DNA of 63,251 nt, filler included, from Craspedostauros australis (Eukaryota): the NCBI GenBank assembly GCA_030167865.1. It is 8 parts of 8 records of this genome, joined end to end, with 100 filler letters (N's around TTAATTAATTAA, not from the genome) between each part and the next. Parts side by side here need not be neighbours in the genome. Positions count along the whole stretch, not along the records: positions 1 to 28,839 come from JALAGF010005982.1; 7 more parts are not named here. One strand, given 5' to 3'. The notes beneath the pieces are model-generated. The model searched no databases, had not been told where the DNA came from, and worked only from the letters and a program-made list of their open reading frames with translations. Positions 10,554 through 20,002 of this stretch are shown here, piece by piece; the stretch's first letter is position 1; every line of letters begins with the position of its first letter. A program made the position numbers and the translations under genes.

Positions 10554-12218
10554 TCATTCCTCCCGCTTGCGCGACATGTTGCGTAAACTCATCGCTGCTC
10601 GCTTGCGGGCCACCGCATCGGGAACCTCCTCCCACCAATCACCCGAGTCATCATGCTTCAAGAACCGCACCCCAGCATCACGCAGCTTCTGGACCAGCTC
10701 ACGCGTGATCTCTGTCTTGCGAGGCTTGGACGCCAGATCGTAACTTGGCTTACACTCTTGCAACAGTCGCGAGAATTCCAAATTGCCCGGGAACTTTTGC
10801 AAGGGTCGGCCCCGGCCCAGTAGGACGTCGTTGAGGTTGGGCGGCGCGTCGATGCAGTGGTCAGGTTTGTCTTTGTAATACTTGTCCAGCACTTCACGAT
10901 CGTATTGCAGACATCGCTGAATAGTACCATGATCTGTGTCGTGGTCATGAATGGCATCGTCGTTGTCTGGTAACATGGTGGATCGAATGCCGTACGTAAG
11001 CAGCTCGTTCTTGCACGTCTGCATTGATCCGTAATGGAGTCTCGTTCGCAGCCTGTAATCCTTCGGTACTACCTGTATCACACGAGAGACGATCTCCTTG
11101 AAGCGAAGATCGGAGATGCAGGCGTGCATACTTGCCGCGCGAGCTGGTATAATATGTAGCAAGTTCAATCGATTCAAGCTGATCGCATCGTGGAAATGAC
11201 GCTCTTCGGCTCCGACCGCAATGCCGACCACAGAGAAGCCATATTTCTGGGCTTGCGCCGAGCGGGCCGCAACGTGTGGCAGATAAAATATAGCCTGAGC
11301 TTGAGAAAGAACCGTCTGCGTCTTCCACCGTGCCGCGAAGTTGAACACCACGGGCCTTGGGCAGATGCCTTCATTGCCATCATGCACGATGTACGCCCCT
11401 TCCTCAATGGACTGTCTTGCGTCATCCTGAAGATCCGACAACATGATAGGTCGTAAGCACCTCTCCCTGCCAAACAGCCGTTCCTTGACATGGAAGTACT
11501 GCACGATCTTGATCGTTGCTTCCTCAGCGTCCCAATTGGTAGATCGTAGCATCGCAATCCGGAATGCCACATCACATGTTAAGCGCGGCGCCAACAGGGC
11601 TGCCATGCGATATGGTTTCTGAACGGACTCGCTTTGATGATTCTTGCGTCGGCTGTCGCACAGACCCATGGTGAGTTCGGCATTCAATCGGTGCAGCCGA
11701 TCCTTCAAGAAGGCCTCCGTTTCTTCAGGTGGTCGACGCACACCATGAATGTCCTCGTAGATTTGCTCTCTGTCTTGCAGAGATAGCGCCTGGATCTCTC
11801 GGGCTTGCAATTTCTCGGCCTCCGTCAGTTCTTCTTCAAGATGTTCAGTCGAGGAAGGGTCTGAAGCAGTCTCCAGATGCGATGATGGCGATGACGATGA
11901 ATTGCCTCCATTCAAGCCTCGTTTGTTGGACGGTCTCGATGATGAAGTATCCTCCTTGTCATCCAATTGACTGATGTCGAAGGGATGCAGATCGCCATCA
12001 TAGATCTGCGGATCTGCATCGCTGGTTGTTACGGGATCATCGCCAAGGGTGTCGTCAAGAGCATCGCCAAGGGCACCGTCTGCATTTTGTAGCAAGGACC
12101 AAATGTCGTCGCTCCCAGGATCATTGTCAAACAGAGATGCAATCTGTTCCGAGCTGATCAAGTTGAGGAAGTCTGGGTTGGTTTCTTCTGACATCTTTGC
12201 GATGGGCATGCAACGCAT
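10554..12218 (-). CDS. Diatom-type DUF6824 protein with CRAL-TRIO-like middle region, paralog 1
   Basis: C-terminal DVLLGRGRPLQKFPGNLEF...GVRFLK...WEEVPDAVARKR. Also REQIYEDIHGV, FRIAMLRSTNWDAEEA and RTRLHYGS motifs. The true start may be the second Met. Confidence 0.85.
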   Translation of the reverse strand: MRCMPIAKMSEETNPDFLNLISSEQIASLFDNDPGSDDIWSLLQNADGALGDALDDTLGDDPVTTSDADPQIYDGDLHPFDISQLDDKEDTSSSRPSNKRGLNGGNSSSSPSSHLETASDPSSTEHLEEELTEAEKLQAREIQALSLQDREQIYEDIHGVRRPPEETEAFLKDRLHRLNAELTMGLCDSRRKNHQSESVQKPYRMAALLAPRLTCDVAFRIAMLRSTNWDAEEATIKIVQYFHVKERLFGRERCLRPIMLSDLQDDARQSIEEGAYIVHDGNEGICPRPVVFNFAARWKTQTVLSQAQAIFYLPHVAARSAQAQKYGFSVVGIAVGAEERHFHDAISLNRLNLLHIIPARAASMHACISDLRFKEIVSRVIQVVPKDYRLRTRLHYGSMQTCKNELLTYGIRSTMLPDNDDAIHDHDTDHGTIQRCLQYDREVLDKYYKDKPDHCIDAPPNLNDVLLGRGRPLQKFPGNLEFSRLLQECKPSYDLASKPRKTEITRELVQKLRDAGVRFLKHDDSGDWWEEVPDAVARKRAAMSLRNMSRKREE

Positions 12219-12452
12219 GCAACGCGATGGAGAGTGGATATGATCGTGAAAGGATGTTCAAAGTTGGATGTTGGATGGGAGACGGTATGGCAACATCTCT
12301 TGATGAGGATGTGATGGCATTGCGCATTGTGGCAGTGCGTACGTACTTTGGGGTATTGCCACCAAACGCTCTCACCACATGACATGGAGCGAGTTTGGAA
12401 CAACAACGAAGACAGATCAAAGGAGAGAGAAGAATTCTGCCACTTCAACCAG

Positions 12453-12476
12453 TTCAATCACGTGGGAAACGAATCG
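12453..12476 (-). promoter_or_regulatory. Conserved upstream element with CACGTG (G-box/E-box), paralog 1
   Basis: TTCAATCACGTGGGAAACGAATCG matches 14845..14868 at 21/24 nt while the surrounding sequence has diverged. Confidence 0.45.
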
Positions 12477-12914
12477 TGTTTCGTTCTCTCTAGACCTTCC
12501 GATGAAAGTAGAGTAAAATAGAAACAGTTTCGCGCCACGATTTTCCTACAAGGCGTCGAACAAAGGGGATCTTCATTGCCGCATTTGGACAGTGTTGGAA
12601 TCAAACGACGGTGGATTGCAAAGCACCGAATGTTGTCACTGATACAAGATACGAGTGCGAGTGGGAAGTTATTGGTGTTGTTAATGCGGTGCCCATGCGA
12701 TCCCAATGGCAACAGATGAGAGAGTACAGAATGTAGGCATAGGATAACGCACTATTGTTGCGGCAGCACATTGAATCTGCGACACCATGCTTTGCCGTGA
12801 ACGCAATGTGCCATTCATCCAGCAGCAAGGAAGGCCTCTCCAAAGTACATGCCCGTGACATATCTGACGCCGATCCACCCCGTCTCGCGCCGCGAATCTC
12901 CTCCATCGCCTACT

Positions 12915-14579
12915 TTATTCTTCTCGCTTGCGCGACATATTGCGCAAACTCATCGCCGCCCGCTTGCGGGCCACCGCATCGGGAACCGCCTCCCACCAAT
13001 CTCCCGAGTCATCATGCTTCAAGAACCTTACCCCGGCATCTCGGAGCTTCTGGACCAGCTCACGCGTGATCTCTGTCTTGCGAGGCTTGCACGCCAGATC
13101 ATAAGTTGGCTTGCACTCTTGCAACAGTCTCGAGAATTCCAAATTGCCGGGAAACTTTTGCAAGGGTCGGCCCCGGCCCAGTAGGACGTCGTTGGGGTTG
13201 GGCGGCGCGTCGATGCAATGGTCTGGCTTGCCTTCGGAATACTTGTCCAACACTTCACGATCATATTGCAGACATCGCTGAATGGTGTCATGGTCGGTGG
13301 CAATGGCGCCAAGAGCAGCGTCGTTGTTGGGCAACATGCTGGGCCGTATACCATACGTGAGCAAGTGGCTCTTGCAAGCCTGCACTGATCCGTAATGGAG
13401 TCTCGCTCGCAACCTGTGACCTTTCGGCGCCACCTGCAACGTATGGGAGACGATATCGTTGAGGCGACGATCGGAGATGCAGATATGCATGCCTGCTGTG
13501 CGAGCTGGTATTGTATGCAGCACATTGAATCGAATCAAGCTGATCAAGTCTCTGAAATGTTGCTCCTCAGCTCTGATCCCAATGACGACCACGGAGAAGC
13601 CATACTTCTGGGCCTCTGCCGAACGGGCTGCCATGTGTGGCAGATAGAAGAGGGCCTGCGCGTGAGAGAGTTCTGTCTTTGTCTTCCACCGCGCCGAGAA
13701 GTGAAATACCACGGGCCGATTGCAGATTCCTCCGTGGCTATCATGCACGATGTACGCGCCTTCCTCAATGGACTGTCGTGCATCATCCTGGAGATCCGAT
13801 AACACGATGGGTCGTAAGCACCTCTCCCTCCCAAACAGCCGTTCCTTGACATGAAAGTACTGCACGATCTTGATCGCTGCTTCCTCAGCATTCCAGTTGG
13901 TGGACCGTAGCATCGTAATCCGGAACGCGACGTCGGACGTCAAGCGCGGGGCTAGTAATGATGCCATGCGATATGGTTTCTGCACGGACGCGCTTTGTTG
14001 GTTCTTACGTCGGCTATCGCACAAACCTATTGTGAGTTCGGCATTCAATCGGTGCAGCCGATCGCAAAGGAAGGGCTGAGACTCTTCCGGCGGTTGACGC
14101 ACACCATGAATGTCCTCGTAGACTTGCTCTCTGTCTTGCAGAGATAGCGCCTCGATCTCTCGGGCCTGAAGTTTCTCGGCCTCCGTCAGTTCTGCTTCAA
14201 GATGTTCAGTCGAGGAAGGGTCTGAAGCAGTCTCCAGATGCGACAATGCCACTGGCAGTGGACTGTCTCCATCCAAGCCTCGTTTGTTGGATGGTCTCGA
14301 CGATGGAACATCCTGCTTGTCATCGATTTGGCTGATGTCGAAGGGATGCAGATCGCCATCATAGATCTGCGGATCTGCGTCGCTGGTTGTTGCGGGATCA
14401 TCGTCGAGGGTGGCGTCAAGGGTATCGCCAAGGGCACCATCTGCGTTGTGCAGCAAGGACCACAGATCATCGCCTCCTGGATCATTGTCAAACAGAGATG
14501 CGATCTGTTCCGAGCTGATCAAGTTGAGGAAGTCCAGGTTCGTTGATTCTGGCATGTTTGCGATGGGTGTGCAACGCAT
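12915..14579 (-). CDS. Diatom-type DUF6824 protein, paralog 2 (tandem duplicate)
   Basis: Same 554-aa length and motifs as 10554..12218, offset 2361 nt, with many substitutions. Confidence 0.85.
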   Translation of the reverse strand: MRCTPIANMPESTNLDFLNLISSEQIASLFDNDPGGDDLWSLLHNADGALGDTLDATLDDDPATTSDADPQIYDGDLHPFDISQIDDKQDVPSSRPSNKRGLDGDSPLPVALSHLETASDPSSTEHLEAELTEAEKLQAREIEALSLQDREQVYEDIHGVRQPPEESQPFLCDRLHRLNAELTIGLCDSRRKNQQSASVQKPYRMASLLAPRLTSDVAFRITMLRSTNWNAEEAAIKIVQYFHVKERLFGRERCLRPIVLSDLQDDARQSIEEGAYIVHDSHGGICNRPVVFHFSARWKTKTELSHAQALFYLPHMAARSAEAQKYGFSVVVIGIRAEEQHFRDLISLIRFNVLHTIPARTAGMHICISDRRLNDIVSHTLQVAPKGHRLRARLHYGSVQACKSHLLTYGIRPSMLPNNDAALGAIATDHDTIQRCLQYDREVLDKYSEGKPDHCIDAPPNPNDVLLGRGRPLQKFPGNLEFSRLLQECKPTYDLACKPRKTEITRELVQKLRDAGVRFLKHDDSGDWWEAVPDAVARKRAAMSLRNMSRKREE

Positions 14580-14844
14580 GTAACGTGATGGATAGTGGGT
14601 ATGGCCGTGAAAGGATGATCACTGTTGGATGGAAGTGGTTGTGAAAGTGCGGACGATGGTGGAGGGGCCGTACGGTAGTATGCGATTTATCGTGTGTACC
14701 ATTGTGTATGAGCGTGCTCTCTCCATGAGGTTGTGATCGCATCACAGATGATGCAATTGCCACGATCATCGTCGCCATGTGCGTTCTTGTTCACAGTGTG
14801 GTCGTGTGATGGGTGTGGATGACATGTGAACAGAATCCAATCAC

Positions 14845-14868
14845 TTCAATCACGTGGAGCACGAATCG
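14845..14868 (-). promoter_or_regulatory. Conserved upstream element with CACGTG (G-box/E-box), paralog 2
   Basis: TTCAATCACGTGGAGCACGAATCG; counterpart of 12453..12476. Confidence 0.45.
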
Positions 14869-15503
14869 AGGTGTCAGAACAAGGTAAACACTGAACGTAG
14901 ATGTAAATGTTGATCAAACTTTGATGGTGAAGAGGTGCAACCAAGAACATAGAATAGTACTTTTGACATTGAAACAAATTCAAAACAGGAAACGGAGAAT
15001 GGCATGAGGGTGCATCGAATGGTGATATGAATCATCAATGGACGACGCCGTAGTCTAACTTGAGGAAGAAAATTAGATCGATACATTGTTCGATTTCACA
15101 AATTGGATATGCGTGAAAATAAATAATAAATAACTTATTTCTGTTGCTAGACATGCAACAATTCGGCTTGTGTCGCAGCTGGGTGTTCGGTTTCACCAGT
15201 TTTCCCTTTCGCCGCCAGCATTCCCATTCTTCGGGAGCTTTGTTTCTGTTCGTTCGTTCCTGTTTGTTGTGGGATGTGTCTGTCTGTCTCCTTCCTGCCA
15301 CCACCCAACAAGGCACAACAATGCACAACACAACACGCATGCGAAACATTGGCACACAAACAAGTGCACAAATGCGCAAGAGTGCATCTACTGGTGTGTC
15401 TTCCCATTCATCCAGATTCACTTCATTCCGCTAGGACTCCACTATACTCTATTCCATACTCTCAACAGCTAAAGACAGCTAAAACCAGCTGAACAGCAAA
15501 CAA

Positions 15504-17081
15504 ATGACGGCGAGACGAAGAACGCGCCTCCCGCGAACGATGGCGACGCCGCTGCTGTCGACACTGCCGACACTGCTGCTGGTATGCGCATGTTTGAGAC
15601 CTGCAGAGGCCTACAAGAGCACCATCGACTACGATGACGGCATCAACGGCGTGCGGAAGTACGATCTGCAGCAGGCGCACGTCATCACGCGCCACGGCGC
15701 CCGCGCGCCCCTCACGAAGCACTCGTACGACCTGCTCGAGACTGACGGCGTGCCGCTGACGTCGCGCGGCGCAGCGCAGATGTACGCTCTGGGTCAGGGC
15801 CTGCGCGATCATTACGGCGACACCTTCTTCGGCAGCTACTCGCCCTTCGATCACAAGTTCGAGTCGTCGCATTTGGATCGCACGCTGACGAGCGCCAACG
15901 CGTTGGCTTTGGGGTTGTTCGGCAGCGATTTCCGCCCGCAGAACGACTTCGATCCTGCCCTGTACGCAGCCGAGGTGCCGGTCTACTCCACGCGGGAGGA
16001 TAACGACGTCACCATCCGCGCCTACAAGAACTGTCCCGTCTTCAACGATCGCCTCAAGGAACTGTACGCATCGCCGTCGTGGCTCACCATGGAGATGGGC
16101 TACGTGGATCTGCTCAAGAAGTACGCCCAGCATTTTCCGCAGTTCATCAAGGTGGTGGTCGTGGAGGAGATCCCCATCATGATCGTCATGCTCGAGAATC
16201 TGTGGAACGTCTACGACGCCATCCACTTCATCCGGACGGAATGCACGACGTCCGACGATGCCTGCGACGCCGTCATCAACCCGCAGATCGCAGCGGATAT
16301 GACCGACGCCGAATGGGAGATGCTGGAGCGGATCACGCACAAGGTCGAGTACGAAAAGTACGGCGTCGGCAACAGCGACAACCTGCTCGGTTCCAACCTC
16401 CTGCGTCAGATCCTCACGCGCATCGAGGACGGCAAAGGCAAGCTGTACCATTACTCGGCGCATTATCCAACCATCATCGGTCTCATGGCCACCATGAACC
16501 TGCCCGTCGTCGACGATCCGATTCCCGATTACGCCGCCGCCTTTGTCATTGAAGTTTACGCCCCGCAGGGTATCACGGCACCCAAGTACGTGCGCATCGT
16601 GTACGAAGCCAGGCCCTTGGTGGACATCTCCGCGACGAACGTCGCCACGCAGTTGACTTTGGAGAAGATCACCCTGAAATGTCCCGATGAGACGGACACG
16701 TGCTCGTTGGACGCGTTCCAGACCATGCTATCGCAAACGATGCTGCCGACCGTCGAAGATTGGTGCGATGCTTGTCAAAATACCGTCGCCGATGTGTGCA
16801 TCAAGAAGGAAAGGGATGCCTTAAAGGCGGCTGCTTCCAACGACGTTGCAAACGACAAGAACATTGCAACCAGTCCGGCAAGCAACGACGACAAGCAGAA
16901 GTTCGCTGTTGCCATCGTTCTTTCGTTATTCGGCGGCATCATGTTGGGCATCCTCCTGACCATGTTCGTCACTCCCAAATTACATGTGTCCAAATCGACC
17001 GTCAATGTCAGCGACGAAAAGTCCGTCAACGACTTGGAAATGACCCCGAGTGAACCCGGATCTTCGGGCGTCATGGGTTGA
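15504..17081 (+). CDS. Histidine acid phosphatase (branch 2), type I membrane protein
   Basis: RHGARAP catalytic motif, SSHLDRTLTSA, and SAHYPT at the usual HD position. Signal peptide and C-terminal TM helix. The start could be the ATG at 15540. Confidence 0.9.
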   Translation: MTARRRTRLPRTMATPLLSTLPTLLLVCACLRPAEAYKSTIDYDDGINGVRKYDLQQAHVITRHGARAPLTKHSYDLLETDGVPLTSRGAAQMYALGQGLRDHYGDTFFGSYSPFDHKFESSHLDRTLTSANALALGLFGSDFRPQNDFDPALYAAEVPVYSTREDNDVTIRAYKNCPVFNDRLKELYASPSWLTMEMGYVDLLKKYAQHFPQFIKVVVVEEIPIMIVMLENLWNVYDAIHFIRTECTTSDDACDAVINPQIAADMTDAEWEMLERITHKVEYEKYGVGNSDNLLGSNLLRQILTRIEDGKGKLYHYSAHYPTIIGLMATMNLPVVDDPIPDYAAAFVIEVYAPQGITAPKYVRIVYEARPLVDISATNVATQLTLEKITLKCPDETDTCSLDAFQTMLSQTMLPTVEDWCDACQNTVADVCIKKERDALKAAASNDVANDKNIATSPASNDDKQKFAVAIVLSLFGGIMLGILLTMFVTPKLHVSKSTVNVSDEKSVNDLEMTPSEPGSSGVMG

Positions 17082-17333
17082 TCATAGCGTACGAGTACAC
17101 GTGGAGGAGAGTGGAGTGGAGTGGAGCAGAGTATAGTACTCTCTTCTATTATACTTCATTCATTACTTTAGATCAAGCACTCCAGGCGCATCGTGTGCAC
17201 GCAGTAGTCTACACCATGACACCATAGTCGCGACATCAGAGACAGAGAGACTGTAACAGAGTGACGGGTGACTCCATCCCATCCTATTCTTATCATGTTA
17301 TCATAGTATCATCGTTATGCATACCACACCCCA

Positions 17334-19418
17334 TCACTCCGCCCGCGACTGCGGTATCCCATGATACGACTGCGACACGTCATTGTCATGATGCCCCCAC
17401 CGCCACCACGACACGAACTCCAACGTGCCCGTGCCGTAGACCATGTGCGTGATCCATCCGCAGACGGCGCCGTAATGCGTCTTGCCCAGACCGACGATGA
17501 CGATGGTCGTCACCATGGCAATGACGGTGGCTTGGCGCAACGTGGCGGCTGGCACGCCCGCGTCGTCCGTGGCGGCGTCGTTGCGGTGGTACGTCTTGAC
17601 GATGGTCGTGCTGCCCGTCGTGGCGAGTTCGTGGCCGGCGATGCAGAGCATCAATCCCAAGATGCTGACGGGCAGGGCATCGAGGACCTGCAGCAGCGAC
17701 TGGCCGAAGAGAACGGCGACGGCCATCTTGATGACGCCCAGCATGATCATGGACGTGCCCGTCTCGGCGCCGAGACGATGCTGGCCGGCCAGACCACCGG
17801 CGCCGTGGCACGTGGGCATGGCGCCCAGCGGACACAGGACGAGGTTGAGCAAGCCCACGCTGAGACAGACGGCCTTGCGCGAAACGACGGACTCGTGGTT
17901 GTTGTGGCGCTTGTGCGGAAATAGCGTGTCGGCCAGCAGACAGACGCTGATGACGGAGTTCAAGGTGGTGAGGGGCAGCTGTGGGATGGCGCCCTCGAGA
18001 AAGCCGGTCTTCCAATCGTGCGATGTGGCGTTGTGCAGCGCGTTGACGAGAACGGGCGCGCCGAACCAGATGGACTCGAGTTCGTCGACCGCCTTTTGTG
18101 GTTTCTGGAGGCACGTGCGTATCGTGGAGATGACGACGCCGGCTGTGAAGAGGTATAGACCCACGGGGGGCTTTTGCGTGAGACGCCGCCACAGCGACAT
18201 GCTCTGCGGGGGCGCCGCGGCCTGACGTTGCTGCTGTTCCTTGAGGAGGATCATGCACAGCAAGGTGCAGACGACGGCCGTGAAGATGCAGTCCAACGCG
18301 CCGAACCACGGCAGGGTCTGGATCATGTGCATGCCGCTGATGGCGAGCCGCATGCCGACACCGATCTGCACGCCGCCCACGACGCTGACGGGCACGATGC
18401 GATTGACGACCTCGATGCCGCCGCTGATGCTGAGGGCGGACATGATGAGGCCCAGCCAGATGCCGGAGGTCGTGACCTGCACGCGGTTGAGTCCTCCCGC
18501 GATGGCGATGGCGGCGATGGACTTCATGGGTTGCAGCGGCATGGGTATGTCCCACAGCAAGCCCGTGATGATGTGCACCATGCCCGTGCAGAACAACGTG
18601 GGCGCCAAGAAGATGGTGCGCTCGCGCGCCATGGCCACCAGGAGCGGAATGAGCGTTCCGAAGTCGCCGCATGCGCCCGAGAGTTCGGATAGGTTGATGC
18701 GGGACCAGTGGCAGGCGGAGAAGGAGAGGAAGGGCGCTTCTCCCATGCCTCCGACCGTGATGGGGCCGTACCGATCGTAGGGATTGCTGTTGCTATTGCC
18801 GCCGCTGTTGTTGCCGCTGCCGTGGTTGGCAATGGCGTCACCACGATTGCTGTTGCCGCTGCTGTTGTTGATGTTGCTGCTGCCATTGCCGTTGAGGGGC
18901 ATCATGGCATCCATGCGACGAGCCGTGGCCAAATCCGCTTCGACGTCGGCGCCCGTGGTGGGACTGGCCATGAGCAGGGTGTCCCTCTCATCGACAGCCG
19001 TGACAATGGGGGACGACGCAGCCGACGCAAAGGCCGGGTCCATGCTGTGCGACGCAGCCTGATCGAACATGGACTGGCTGTTGCTGATCTCCGTTCCGTT
19101 GCCAGTCCCCAACCTGGTCCTCGCCGTCGTCCTCGTGCGGATGCTGCTGTTCGTCATGGAGTCGTCTCCGTCATCCAGCGACGGCGCCTCCATGAAGAAT
19201 CGGTGGGAGGAGCTGTCATCGTAGTCATGCTCCGTGTCATGCTCCGTATCGTGCTCATGCTCATGGCCGTAGCCGCTGCTGCGACTGCCCCCTCTCGGAA
19301 CGCTGTCATGATCGGTGTGATCATCCCCAGACGAAGGAACGCCTCCACCCACCACCCCTCCGGCGTATCCATCGCTGTCGCAGTCATGCTCCATGCCTTC
19401 GTCCACGGATCCCACCAT
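17334..19418 (-). CDS. Molybdate transporter, MOT1 family, with long acidic/His-rich N-terminal extension
   Basis: MOT1 signatures ELSGACGDFGTLIPL, PMPLQPMKSIAAIAI, IPQLPLTTLNSVI and GAMPTCHGAGGLAGQHRLGA. First ATG at 19418. Confidence 0.92.
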   Translation of the reverse strand: MVGSVDEGMEHDCDSDGYAGGVVGGGVPSSGDDHTDHDSVPRGGSRSSGYGHEHEHDTEHDTEHDYDDSSSHRFFMEAPSLDDGDDSMTNSSIRTRTTARTRLGTGNGTEISNSQSMFDQAASHSMDPAFASAASSPIVTAVDERDTLLMASPTTGADVEADLATARRMDAMMPLNGNGSSNINNSSGNSNRGDAIANHGSGNNSGGNSNSNPYDRYGPITVGGMGEAPFLSFSACHWSRINLSELSGACGDFGTLIPLLVAMARERTIFLAPTLFCTGMVHIITGLLWDIPMPLQPMKSIAAIAIAGGLNRVQVTTSGIWLGLIMSALSISGGIEVVNRIVPVSVVGGVQIGVGMRLAISGMHMIQTLPWFGALDCIFTAVVCTLLCMILLKEQQQRQAAAPPQSMSLWRRLTQKPPVGLYLFTAGVVISTIRTCLQKPQKAVDELESIWFGAPVLVNALHNATSHDWKTGFLEGAIPQLPLTTLNSVISVCLLADTLFPHKRHNNHESVVSRKAVCLSVGLLNLVLCPLGAMPTCHGAGGLAGQHRLGAETGTSMIMLGVIKMAVAVLFGQSLLQVLDALPVSILGLMLCIAGHELATTGSTTIVKTYHRNDAATDDAGVPAATLRQATVIAMVTTIVIVGLGKTHYGAVCGWITHMVYGTGTLEFVSWWRWGHHDNDVSQSYHGIPQSRAE

Positions 19419-20002
19419 CCTCAATGGTAATGCAATTCAGTAGAATGATGTACGGGTAGAGTGCGATCTATAATAGAATAATATTCTACAGTTGAAGTAT
19501 AGTGTGATGCAAAGGCACGAGTTGAGTGTTGTGATGATTTGCTGTTTCTCGTTCTGGATCCAGCGCTTGATGATGGTGTACTGTTGTGATGATGATTCAC
19601 CATGATGATCCACGATGGCGACTGCGGAATCGCGGCAAAACGGAAACAGGAACACGTTCGTCTGTTCGTCATGGCGTCATTCTTGTTTAGTATACGCTTG
19701 TCCGAATAAACGGGTGTGGCATATGATTCGCTTTGTCGGAGAACGCCGATGATCCACAGACACCAACAAGATCGCGGAAGAGGAACCCGCGATGGCGATG
19801 ATCGCGAAGCGTGTCGGATTGGATGACACGAAGAGAGGGCAACGCTGTGGACATCACCATCACCAACACCATCATCACCAGTCGTATCGCCAACATCCAG
19901 AGCCGTCTCTTGACATCGATAGATCCGAGGTTGAGGGAAGACTGCTGAAGGTCGCAGAGCCATCCCACATTGCGTTGCATTCCATTCGTCGATCAAAGAA
20001 CC

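Noticed and set aside
15504..19418. Functional link between acid phosphatase and molybdate transporter
   Set aside because: The genes are convergent neighbours with no sequence evidence of co-regulation.
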